Shown piece after piece: positions 25,635 through 36,702 of a stretch of DNA of 60,000 nt. The position numbers were made by a program, and so were the translations under genes. Positions within the stretch are counted from its first letter, which is position 1, and each line of letters starts with the position of its first letter. This stretch comes from Malacoraja senta. Its lineage: Eukaryota. The DNA is taken from the NCBI GenBank assembly GCA_038087875.1, contig CM075990.1:5024001-5084000 (forward strand). Reading direction: 5' to 3'. Under the pieces are notes generated by a model. The model ran no database searches and had not been told where the DNA came from. It saw nothing but the letters and a program-made list of their open reading frames with translations.

Positions 25635-27275
25635 CAAGTCAAGTCAAGTCACATTTATTTATATGGCACATTTAAAAAACAACTCGTTGGCCAAAGTGCT
25701 TTACATTGGTATAAGAACAGTATCACAAACAAACTACATACATATAGCCCTCGCTCAGAGGACGTCAAGAAAGGCTTGGGAGTACAGATGAGTTTTTAGT
25801 CTCGACTTAAAGGAGTCGATGGAGGGGGCAGTTCTGATGGGAAGAGGGATGCTGTTCCACAGTCTAGGAGCTGCAACCGCAAAGGTGCGGTCGCCCCTGA
25901 GCTTAGGCCTAGACCGCGGGATATTCAGCAACCCCAAGTCGGCCGATCTGAGGGACCTGGAGGTGGTGTGGTGGGTGAGCAGACTTTTAATGTAGGTGAG
26001 GGCAAGCCCATTGAGGGCTTTGTAGACATAAAGGAGGATCTGAAAATTTATTCTGAACCGCACAGGGAGCCAGTGGAGAGAGGCCAGGATCGGGGTGATG
26101 TGGTCCTTTTATCGGGTACCCGTCAGGAATCTCGCTGCGGCGTTTTGGACCAGTTGCAGACAGGACAGGGAAGATTGGCTGATGTCAGTGTAAAGGGAGT
26201 TCCAGTAATCTAGGCGGGAGGAGATAAATGTGTGGATGATCTTTTCGAGGTCATCAAACTGGAGGAATTGTTTTATTTTAGCTATCGTCCGAAGCTGAAA
26301 GAAGCTAGCTTTTACCACGGCATTGACTTGTTTGTCAAATTTCAGTGCTGAGTCAAATATCACGCCAAGGTTTTTGACGTGAGGTTTGAGTAGTGGAGTA
26401 AGGCTTCCAAGGCTGCCTGCTATCATTTTGATTGATTCCGAGGGGCCGAGAAGGATGACCTCAGACTTACTCACGTTTAGTTGGAGGAAGTTCTGGGCCA
26501 TCCAACACTTTATATCCTCGAGGAAGCGGGTAAGGTTAAGCAGATTTGATTGGCTTTTGGGCTTCAGGGGGGAGATAGAGCTATGTATCGTCTGCGTAGC
26601 AATGGAAGGAAATGCCGTGCCTCTCAATGACTTGGCCTAAGGGGAGCATATACAGGGAGAAGAGAATGGGGCCAAGGATGGAACCTTGTGGAACCCCACA
26701 GCAGAGACTAGCTGGGGAGGAGAAAGAGTTGCCTATGTTAGTAGAGAAACTCCTACCTTTGAGGTAGGAGATGAACCAGCTCAGGGCAGTGCCATCAATA
26801 CCAACCCCGTACCGGAGACAGTCAATTAGGATGGTGTGGTCGACAGTATAAAATGCAGCGCTGAGGTCGAGAAGGAGCAGGATTGCACAGTCGCCGGAGT
26901 CAACGGTGAGCAGTAGGTCATTATGTACCTTCAACAAGGCAGACTCTGTGCTGTGGTGAGCCCTGAAACCTGATTGGAAAGTTTCCAAGATAGTATTTTG
27001 TTGAAGGTAAGGCATAAGTTGACTTAAAATTACCTTTTCAAGGGCATTTGAGAGGAAAGGCAGTTTAGAAATGGGTCTGTAGTTGCTTGGCAAGGTGGGG
27101 TCGAGGTTAGTTTTTTTCAGGAGTGGCTGGACCACCGCATGCTTGAAGCAGGTAGGTACAGTGCCAGTGGCCAGAGAACTGTTGAAGATGCGAGGATGCT
27201 GGGACCGGCTATTGTAATGACGTCCTTTAGTAGGGCAGAGGGGACAGTGTCGAGGGGACAGGTAATAGGTTTCAT
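25635..27275 (-). mobile_element. 5'-truncated L2-clade LINE (RT) in NDUFB8 intron 4
   Basis: NYRPISKLPFL, QSGFRAHHSTESALLKV, LLDLSAAF, GVPQGSILGP, YADDT, QLVQNAAAR, AAPRLWNS; (TTGAC)n tail; a few frameshifts. Confidence 0.92.
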
Positions 27276-27457
27276 GGTGGTGATCAGACAAAGGTCTGTA
27301 CAATGGTGGAAGGTGAGATTGATAGTAAATAAAAATGTTAATTCAAAGCAAAGTAAGTGGTAAAGGAAAGAAATAAAAATAACTGGATCAATACCTTCAA
27401 AAGTCCAGGTGTAAAAAGAAAGAATATTTATGCTCTAAATGTTTTGACATTGTTATA

Positions 27458-29203
27458 CAGTGCCCTCCATAATGTTTGGGACAAAGACCCATTATTTATT
27501 TGCCTCTATACTCCACAATTTGAGATTTGTAATAGAAAAAATCACATGTGGTTAAAGTACACATTGTCAGATTTTATTAAAGGCCATTTTTATACACGTT
27601 GGTTTCACCATAGAGAAATTACAGCTGTGTTTATACATAGTACACCCCATTTCAGGGCACCATTATGTTTTGGAACATGGCTTCACAGGTGTTTGTAATT
27701 GCTCAGGTGTGTTTAAATGCCTCCTTAATGCAGGTATAAGAGAGCTCTCAGCACCTAGTCTTTCCTCCAGTCTTTCCATCACCTTAGGAAACTTTTATTG
27801 CTGTTTATCAACATGAGGACCACAGTTGTGCCAATTGAAAGTCAAAGAAGCCATTATATGATTGAGAAACAAGAATGAAACTGTTAGAGACATCAGCCAA
27901 ACCTTAGGCTTACCAGAATCAACTGTTTGGAACATCATTAAGAAGAAAGAGTGCACGGGTGAGCTTACTAATCGCAAAAGGACTGGCAGGCCAAGGAAGA
28001 CCTCCACAGCTGATGACAGAAGAATTCTCTCTATAATAAAGAAAAATCCCAAACACCTGTCCGACAGATCAGAAATACTCTTCAGGAGTTGAGTGTGGAT
28101 TTGTCAATGACCACTGTCCGCAGAAGACTTCATGAACAGAAATACCGAGGCTACACTGCAAGATGCAAACCACTGGTTAGCCGCAAACTTAGGATGGCCA
28201 GGTTACAGTTTGCCAAGAAGTACTTAAAAGGACAACCACAGTTCTGGAAAAAGGTCTTGTGAACAGATGAGATGAAGATTAACTTGTATCAGAGTGCTGG
28301 CAAGAGCAACGATCCAAAGCATACCACCTCATCTGTGAAACACGGTGGTGGGGGTGTTATGGCCTGGGCATGTATGGCTGCTGAAGGTACTAGCTCACTT
28401 ATCTTCATTGATGATACAATTGCTGATGGTAGTAGCATAATGAATTCTGAAGTGTATAGACACATCCTATCTGCTCAAGTTCAAACAAATGCCTCAAAAC
28501 TCATTAGCTGGCGGTTCATTCTACAGCAAGACAATGATCCCAAACATACTTCTAAAGCAACAAAGGAGTTTTTCAAAGCTAAAAAAATGGTCAATTCTTG
28601 AGTGGCCAAGTCAATCACCCGATCTGAACCCAACTGGGCATGCCTTTTATGTGCTGAAGAGAAAACTGAAGGGGACTAGCCCCCTAAACAAACATAAGCT
28701 AAAGATGGCTGCAATACAGGCCTGGCAGAGCATCACCAGAGAAGACATCCAGCAACTGGTGTGTTCATTTGGGGTGGAAGATTGTAACCTTCACGTGGTC
28801 CGCCCTGTTTCGACTAATGCAATCAACTCGACGTGCACAAACGGAAGATCAGATAGAACAAGTTGTCCAACAACTTTAGGCTGTGCACGCCACACGAAAG
28901 AAGAAGAAGAAGCAGACTTCAAGCAGTCATTGCATGCAAAGGGTATGCAACAAAATACTAAACATGACATTTGCTGTGTCCCAAACATTATGGTGCCCTG
29001 AAATGGGGGGACGATGTATAAACACAGTTGTAATTTCTACATGGTGAAACCAAACATTTATTAAAATGGCCTTTATTAAAATCTGACAATGTGCACTTTA
29101 ACCACATGTGTTTTTTTCTATTACAAATCTCAAATTGTGGAGTGTAGAGGCAAATAAATAAATGATGGGTCTTTGTCCCAAATGTTATGGAGGGCACTAG
29201 CTG
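27458..29203 (+). mobile_element. Near full-length Tc1-family DNA transposon with disrupted transposase (~27813-28961)
   Basis: TA|CAGTGCCCTCCATAATGTTTGGGAC with ~220-bp TIRs; GRPRKT, VKHGGGGVMAW, QDNDPKH, WPSQSPDLNP motifs; stop codon and frameshifts. Confidence 0.92.
28761..28912 (+). mobile_element. Short retro-insertion with (GAA)n tail nested in the Tc1 transposase
   Basis: Interrupts QQL..RLQAVI, which is contiguous in the second Tc1 copy; ends AAGAAGAAGAAGAAG. Confidence 0.6.
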
Positions 29204-29595
29204 TATGCCGACAACGTGCATAATCAAAAATTGAGATGTTCTGTGTAGCTTTATTAGAAAAAAACAAAGCTGAGGACAGAGAGGTTACAGTTGGTGGAAA
29301 TTAAAATAATCATGGGACTATGTTGTGAGCAGAGAATATGTACCCCATTGGAAAAGAGTGCAGAAGTTCACCAGAGAGGGTTTTTTGTGATCCTGAAGCG
29401 CGAGGATGGAAAAAGTGATGGTGTCCTCTGGTTGCTTGAGAAGGGAAGATGGCTTTGGGATTGATTGAAATCTGTCACCTCGGAGCAGTCTCTTCACAGT
29501 GCTGAAGGGGAATAATTTGAATATTTAATAGCAATGCAAGAACCTTTTCCAGTATAATAATTTCAAATTGTAATGATGACAACATTTCCTTTCAG

Positions 29596-29688
29596 GCTCC
29601 TAAACAATATCCTTACAACAATCTTTACCTGGAGAATGGAGGTTTGCCTGATGAAGAACCACCCAAAGTGCACAACTATGTTATATGA
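29596..29688 (+). CDS. NDUFB8: NDUFB8 exon 5 (last coding exon; spliced CDS 567 nt = 188 aa + stop)
   Basis: ctttcag acceptor; APKQYPYNNLYLENGGLPDEEPPKVHNYVI*. Confidence 0.95.
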   Translation, partial: APKQYPYNNLYLENGGLPDEEPPKVHNYVI

Positions 29689-29757
29689 TTATATTTCTGT
29701 GGCAGATTACAGGGTATGTGACTTTTGTGTACAATGAATAATGGACTAAAGAACATG

Positions 29758-29763
29758 AATAAA
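29758..29763 (+). terminator. Probable NDUFB8 polyadenylation signal
   Basis: First AATAAA, 70 nt after the stop codon. Confidence 0.65.
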
Positions 29764-32700
29764 ATTACCGTCATATTTATGAAAATGATATTCCAATTAC
29801 TTTGGAGGATGACTCCAGTGGCCGTTGTGGAACAGATTTAGCATATACAGAAGGAACTAATCCATTACATGGGTTATTCAGTTGCTTTTCACTCAAACTA
29901 TTATTTGCTATGTATTAGAACTGTCAGTTGATTTTGTTGTGGTTGCATTCTGTTTTTGTGGTATTGCCTTTCTGTTCAGTTGGGCCATATCCATCCATCT
30001 TAGCCTTAAATATACACAAAGATCCTGCCCCTACAGTGTTGTGTGATATAGAATTTTGAAAACTCACACCCCTCAGAAAATAAATTATTTCTCATCTCAG
30101 TTATAAATGGGATCCCCATTTTGAGAACTTGTCCTCTAGTTTTGAACTGTCTTGTAAGACCAAACATCCACTCAGGTTTTATTCTGTCCAGACCATTAAA
30201 AAAATCTTATGTTACATTGAGATTGCCTCTCGTTATTTACTCACCACAAAGTAGAATCTCTACTTCTCTAATTTGTTTAGCCTTATCTCATAGGATAATT
30301 ATTACATACTCAGGATCATCTGAGTGCACCTCTGAAATGCCGCTAATGAAATAAAATCTTTCTTTAAATAGGGAACTAAAATTGTTCACATACACTAAAT
30401 GTGGACAAACTCATGCCATTTACATCTAGGACTTCCCAACTTATATGTTCCAACTCCCTTGAAATAAGGGGCAACATTCCATTAGCCTTTCCTATTACTA
30501 CGCTTGTTTACTCATTTTCAGTATTTTATGCAAAAGGACCCCCAACTCCCATTGTGCTGCAGCTTTCTGCATTTGCTTCCAAAATAAACAACTTCATGTT
30601 TTCCCACATTATTTTCCAATTGCCAACTTTTTCGTGCAAGGCATTAACTTCATTTAACTTATTAATATCTCTGGAGGTTGATAATATCCTCCTCTCAACT
30701 TACTATCCCCTCCACCTATTTTTGTATTGTTCAAAAATTTGGGTTTTGTACATTTGGGTTTCCTTCTAAATCGTGATTATGTTTTGTTAGCAGTTGCAAT
30801 CCCAACTCTGATCTTTGTGGCAGGCCACTGGTTACAGGTTACCAAGTTACTTTGTAAACTGTAGTATGACTACAATGTATCCAAGGATTCCCCATTTCAA
30901 TTTGTACCTTGAGTTACTACCAAATCATTTTTTTTGTCCTGTTTTCTCAGGGGCACAGTCGTTGTCCAGATTTTAAGTGAATCTGAAAGGAGAATGTTGT
31001 ACATACTCTGCAGGTCAGGCAATATCTGGAATAAAATAAATAGTATTACAGTTTAATTATTTTTTATCTGAACTGGCCACCTCTAATACAAACTGGAAAG
31101 GATCACTGTCTGAAAATGTTGAACTCAAAAGCTGTAGCTGAGGGTTACACCGTGCCAGTTGGAACATGAGATGCTGTTCTTCAAGTTTTTTTAATTTATT
31201 TTTTAATTTATATTTTTATTAGAAGCAGTATACAAAAGTATAAACCGCGGCATATGACATAATACATTTATTCTACAGCTTCCATTTTCATTTTAACAAA
31301 GATGAAATAGAAAAAGAGAGAAAGAGCAAGAAAGAAAGTGAAAGAGAGAGTGAATGTGTAAGACTGTTCTTCAAGTTTCTGTTAAGTTTTGTTGCAACAG
31401 TGCAAGAGGTCAAAGATTAATGACAGAAAAATGGGAAATTAGCACCACCCATGCATTCTGAACACATTTTGCAAAGCAGTCACTTTTGCTTCTCAAGTAT
31501 ATTCTATTGTGAACACTAAGTGAAGTACACTAAATCAAAAGAAGTACAAGTGAATCACTGTTTCACCTTGAAGGAGTGTTTTGTGATAAGTGGAAATGCT
31601 GAATCTTCTGATTTTGAAATGAAAAAGTGGCAAGAGCATAGACGGATTGGGGTGCTTTGATTATCATGATGATTAACATTTTCTAGATTCTGGAGAGATC
31701 CACAAGATTGAAAAGTAGCACATGTAATTCCACAATTCAAGTAAAGAGGGAGACAGAAAGCAGGAAACGACAGTGAGTTCGCCTGACATTGTCATTATAA
31801 AATGCAATAGGAAGTAATAACAGTTTACAAGCTTAAATAGAGTTCAGAAATTTAATAAAATCACAAGCAGTCTCAACATTTTTTTTGTGTTTGATAAATT
31901 TGTTGGAGTTCTTTGAGGATTTAATGGTCCTCCACGGGTTAAGAGCACCCGACTGATGGACATACAATATATACCATTCTTTAGTCAGAGGGAGGTGAAT
32001 CTGTGGAATTCTTTGCCACCAAAGGTTGTGGAGGCCAAGTCAATTGATATTTTTTAAGGCAGAGATAGATACATTCTTGATTTGTACAGGTGTCGGGGGT
32101 TATGGGGAGAATGGGGTTAGGAGGGAGAGATAGATCAGCCATGATTGAAACGCGGAGTCGACTTGATGGGCTGAATGGGCTAATTCTGCTCCTATCACAT
32201 GACCTTGAGAGTTTGGGTAAGCACGGGGTTAATGGGGAGGGATTTACCAGTTGCTACAGAGCTGCAGACATCTTCTGCTGGGTGGGTACGGGGGATTTCC
32301 GTGAGCCTTCTCTCCCACACACAAACTTTTTTTTTGTTATTTCTATAACTACCTCCTTAATGAGGAATTTTATTACTGAAACAGATGGCGGCAGCGGTGG
32401 ACGGAGGAAATCAATGGTGCCGGTGAGCGAGCTGTGATCTTGCCCCCCGTGCCCTCGGAAACACTCTTGGTGTTTCGAGTTCGGCTCTGGGAGATGCTCC
32501 AGGGTGCAGAGGCTGAGTGGCGGCCTTGTGAGCCATGATCGTTTAGCATATTAATTATTTCACGCATGGGGTTTGCAGGTTGATGTGTCTGCATCGTGGT
32601 GTTAGTGGAGTGGTCCGCTGGAAGCCCTGCAGCAGTCTTGGGCACAATTAGATTGGGCCTTGGGCACAATTAGATTGGGCCCTGCTCCAAGTGACTGAAT

Positions 32701-33530
32701 GCGCTGATCAAATTCAGCCTGCAGTAGCATGGAGAGGCGGTGGAGGACATCGACACATTGCCTGGCCAGCCCTGCAGCCTGGACAACAAACTTTATGGCC
32801 AATGTAAGACTCCACATTTTTAACAACTTTCCACTTGAATGGCACAAGATGGTGCCAGAAACGTGGCGACTCTTACGTGCTGTCTCAGTGTAATCTACTA
32901 TTCCCACACTCTTGTATTTGGCACTCTTTCTGACAAAAGATCTTCAAACTGAAATGTTGTTTCTCTGCAGATGCTGCATGATCTAGTGAGTATTGACAAC
33001 ATTTTATCTTTCCCATATGTCGAGTTGAGTTTATTGTCACATAAATAAGAATGGTGAGGTACAGGTGCAAAGAAAATCTTGCTTGTAAAAGCATCACATA
33101 CACACACAAATGTGAATCACAAACACATTCTGTAAGACAGTAAAGAGAAAAAAAATGTGCAAAAAAAAACCCACAAGACAGCAGTGCAAACCACAATTAA
33201 TAAACAAGTCCATGGTAGTGCAAGAGGGGGTCCTTTGCTGAGGTCGGATTTGGGCTGAGCAAATCGATTCAAGAACCCGATGGTGAAAGGAAGTAGCTGT
33301 TCTTGAACCTGTTGGCTTGGGACTTCAGTCTTCTGAATGTCCTGCTTGATGGTAGCAGTGATAGGAATACTGAAGATCCTTGATGCCAGATGGCTGTTGA
33401 AGCAGTGTTTCATTTACATTTTTTTCTTCCTGTAAATAGCCTGCTTGCTTTCAGATTGGATGGGTGGGAAGATAAATAAATTATTTGTTTGGTGAAACGA
33501 TGCCACAGGTATTTTGACCACCACTGCGGG

Positions 33531-33992
33531 GAACCTTCACCAAGATGGCAAACCCAGGACTTCCTCCCCAAGATGGCAACGCAAGGTGTCCTTCACCAAG
33601 ATGGCGACCGCAGGACTCCTTCCCCAATATGGCAACCCCAATGTTCCCTTCCCAAGATGATAACCCCATGACTACTTCCCCAAGATGACCATCCTAGGGA
33701 TCCTTCCCCAAGATGCAACCCCAGGATCCTTCACCAAGATGACTATTCTAGGGATCTTTCCCCAAGAAGCAACCCCAGGGATCCTTCACCAAGATGGCCA
33801 CCGCAGGGATCTTTCCCCAAGAAGCAACCCCAGGGATCCTTCACCAAAATGGCCACCGCAGGGATCTTTCCTCAAGATGCAACCCCATGGATCCTTCACC
33901 AAGATGGCCACCGTATGGCTCCTTCACCAAGATGGCCACCGTATGGATCCTTCTCCAGGATGCAACCTTGGGGATCCTTCACCAAGATGTCG
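33531..33992. repeat. Minisatellite, 17 units of 26-28 bp, immediately upstream of the SEC31B promoter
   Basis: CCTTC(A/C)CCAAGATG core and variants recur at 33542, 33570, 33598 ... 33984. Confidence 0.9.
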
Positions 33993-34099
33993 ACGGCAGA
34001 GGCCGGCCCACCGGTCACGTGCGCGCGCCGGCGCACTTGCCACGTCGCGGCGGCAGCGGGCGGGCGGGCAGGTCGTGGATCTCCGTCAGCGTCCCCAAG
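33993..34099 (+). promoter_or_regulatory. SEC31B: SEC31B CpG-island promoter and putative non-coding exon 1 (donor after 34099)
   Basis: CpG-dense island with GTCACGTG (34014-34021) and GCCACGTC (34039-34046), and a strong donor AAG|GTAAGC. The ATG-containing exon has its own acceptor, so an upstream non-coding exon is required. Confidence 0.65.
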
Positions 34100-35256
34100 G
34101 TAAGCGGCAGCCGTCGCGATGGCGCCAGAGGGGCCGGGCCGGGACGTCCGTGTCCCGATCTGCCCGCCCGCCGGCCGCGCTGCTTGGTCGCTGCGAACCG
34201 GAGGTGCGCGGCTGGGGCAGGGGGCTGTTGGCCTGGATCCCTCCGCAGGGCCTGCGGCTGCTGTGTGACAGCACGGAGACAGAGGGCTTGAGGGAGGGCT
34301 TGTCACCTTAGCCGTGATTCGTGTGCACCCCCACCCTCCTCCCCCACTTCATCCAGTCCTTCCTTCCCCAATCTCCACAGCTACCCTCACCCCACTCTCC
34401 CTCCACCACCTCCAGTTTAAATTCCATTTGGAATATTTTGGAGGACCAAGAACCCTCTCCGCCTGCTCCACCCTCCCAACCCCCTCCCACCCCAGTTCCA
34501 CACCTCACCCCCCACTCTCCCTCACCCCACTTCACACATCCTCGCCTCCTCCCAATCCCCGCACTCATAGTTACCCCACGACACCCCTAAGCTCCCCACT
34601 CCCTGATTTCAAACCCTCACATCCCCTCCTCCTGTCCCTCCCTCTATCCACCCTGTTCGCTCTATCCTGCCCCGTACGTTCCTCCCCTCCCGTCCCGGCA
34701 CCCCCCGCCCCCATCCAGTCCCAGTACCCACCCCGTCCCAAGCCCTCCATCCTAGCAACCCTCCCGTCCCAGCAACTCCTCATCCCATCCCATCCTATCC
34801 TGGAACCTCATCCGTTCCTGCCCTGTACCATCACCCTCCCCCATTCCGTCTTGTAATTCCCACTCTCGTACAGTCTCGAGCAACATCCAGCCATGTTCCA
34901 GGATCCCCCCCCGTCGCATTCTAGGACCCCCCCCCCCCCATTCCATCCCATCATGTTGCTCCCTCCCCCATTCCATAATCTGTAAACTTTCACTTCTTTG
35001 GGATATGGGAGGAAACCAGAGCACCTGGAGGTAACCCACTTGGTCAAAGGGAGAACATGCAAACTCAACACAGACAGCACCCTAGGTCACAATCCAACCC
35101 AGATCTCTGGTGCTGTGAGGCAGCAGCTCAATCAGCTGTTCCACTGTGTCGTTGTCTTACTGTTTTATATATCACTGTACCGGAATTGTTTTTTTGTCTC
35201 CTTCTGCAATCCTTGTTCAGTCCCTTTCATTTTCGCCACGTTGATCATCTGATTTA

Positions 35257-35894
35257 CAATGTCCTCCATAATGTTTGCGTCAAAGACCCTTCATTTATTT
35301 ATTAGCCTCTGGTCTCCACAATTTGAGATTTGTAATATAAAAAATCAAATGTGGTTACAGTGCACATTGTCAGATTTTCATAAAGGCCATTTTTATACAT
35401 TTGGTTTCACCATGTAGAAATCACAGCAGTGTTGATACATAGTCAGGGCACCATAACGTTTGGGACACAGCAATGTCATGTAAATGATAGTCATATTTAG
35501 TATTTTGTTGCATATCCTTTGCATGCTATGACTGCTTGAAGTCTGTGATTCATGGACATCGCCAGTTGCTGGGTGTCTTCTCTGGTGATGCTCTGCCAGG
35601 CCTGTATTGCAGCCATCTTTAGCTTATGATTGTTTTGGGGGCCAGTCCCCTTCAATTTTCTCTTCAGCATATAAAAGGCATGCTCATTTGTTTTCAGATC
35701 GGGTGATTGACTTGGCCACTCAAGAATTGACCATTTTTTAGCTTTGAAAAACTCCTTTATTGCTTTAGCAGTATGTTTGGGATCATTGTCTTGTAGAATG
35801 AACCGCCGGCCAATGAGTTTTGAGGCATTTGTTTGAACTTGAGCAGATAGGATGTGTCTATACCCTTCAGAATTCATTATGCTACTACCATCAG
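35257..35894 (-). mobile_element. Truncated second copy of the same Tc1 family (3' TIR + transposase C-terminus) in SEC31B intron 1
   Basis: ORF 35497-35877 with QDNDPKH..WPSQSPDL..NEH..GYATKY; TIR matches the element at 27458. Confidence 0.9.
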
Positions 35895-36623
35895 AGGCTT
35901 GTTCTCTTGTTCCTTTTTCTTATGGAATGTTATGAATCTGAAACATTAACTTTCAACAAGTGTAAACTGATCCCTCTAGCAGTTTGTGGGCTGCTGATTT
36001 CAAAGTTTTTTTATAGAAATTTATTTATGGGTCTCGGTGTCCACTTATTTGAGAATCTATGTTTAGTTTAGTTTGGAGATACAGCACAGAAACAGGCCCT
36101 TTGGCTCACCGAGTCTGCATCGACCAGTGATGCCCGCACACTAACACTATCCTACCCACATTCTGGACAATTTACAATTTTACCAAGTCATTAGCCTACA
36201 TACCTGTATGTCTTTGGAGTGTGGGAGGAAACTAGAGTGCCCGGAGAAAACCCATGCAGGTCATGGGGAGAAAGTACAAACTCCATACAGACAGCACCCA
36301 TAGTCAGGATCGAACCGGGGTCTCTGGTGCTGTAAGTCTGCAACTCTACTGCTGCGCCACTGTGCCGCGCAGTATCTTTGTATAAATGATTCACTGAACC
36401 TTGCCCGTTGTAACACAGTGATGCAAAAGCTGCTAACAAATCTGACGAGTGTTTACATCTTAAACTCATTCTTCAAAATTTAACATCTGGATATAGTATT
36501 ACAAAGATCAATAGGAGGTCTAGCAACATCAGCTGCTCATGGTGGATAACCTTAAAGAGAACATCTTGATCCAATATCAGTTTGTCATGATCACTGATTT
36601 TGTTTTCAGGTTAATTAGTTAAG

Positions 36624-36702
36624 ATGAAACTGAAAGAGATTGCGAGGACAGCAGTTCAATCCTGGAGTCCAGCTTCACATCATCCCCTTTATTTGGCCAC
36701 AG
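36624..36702 (+). CDS. SEC31B: SEC31B first coding exon (exon starts 36610)
   Basis: ttttcag acceptor, in-frame upstream TAA, aag[29 protein letters not shown](G); donor GTAACT. Confidence 0.93.

Noticed and set aside
27813..28961. Active Tc1 transposase gene
   Set aside because: Premature stop, frameshifts, loss of the catalytic Glu and a nested insertion.
33531..33992. ~28-bp periodic array superficially like a CRISPR array
   Set aside because: Units are contiguous degenerate copies with no unique spacers, there are no cas genes, and the context is a vertebrate promoter.
33685..34856. 136-208 aa ORFs at the SEC31B promoter
   Set aside because: Translations of the minisatellite, CpG island and C-rich tract.
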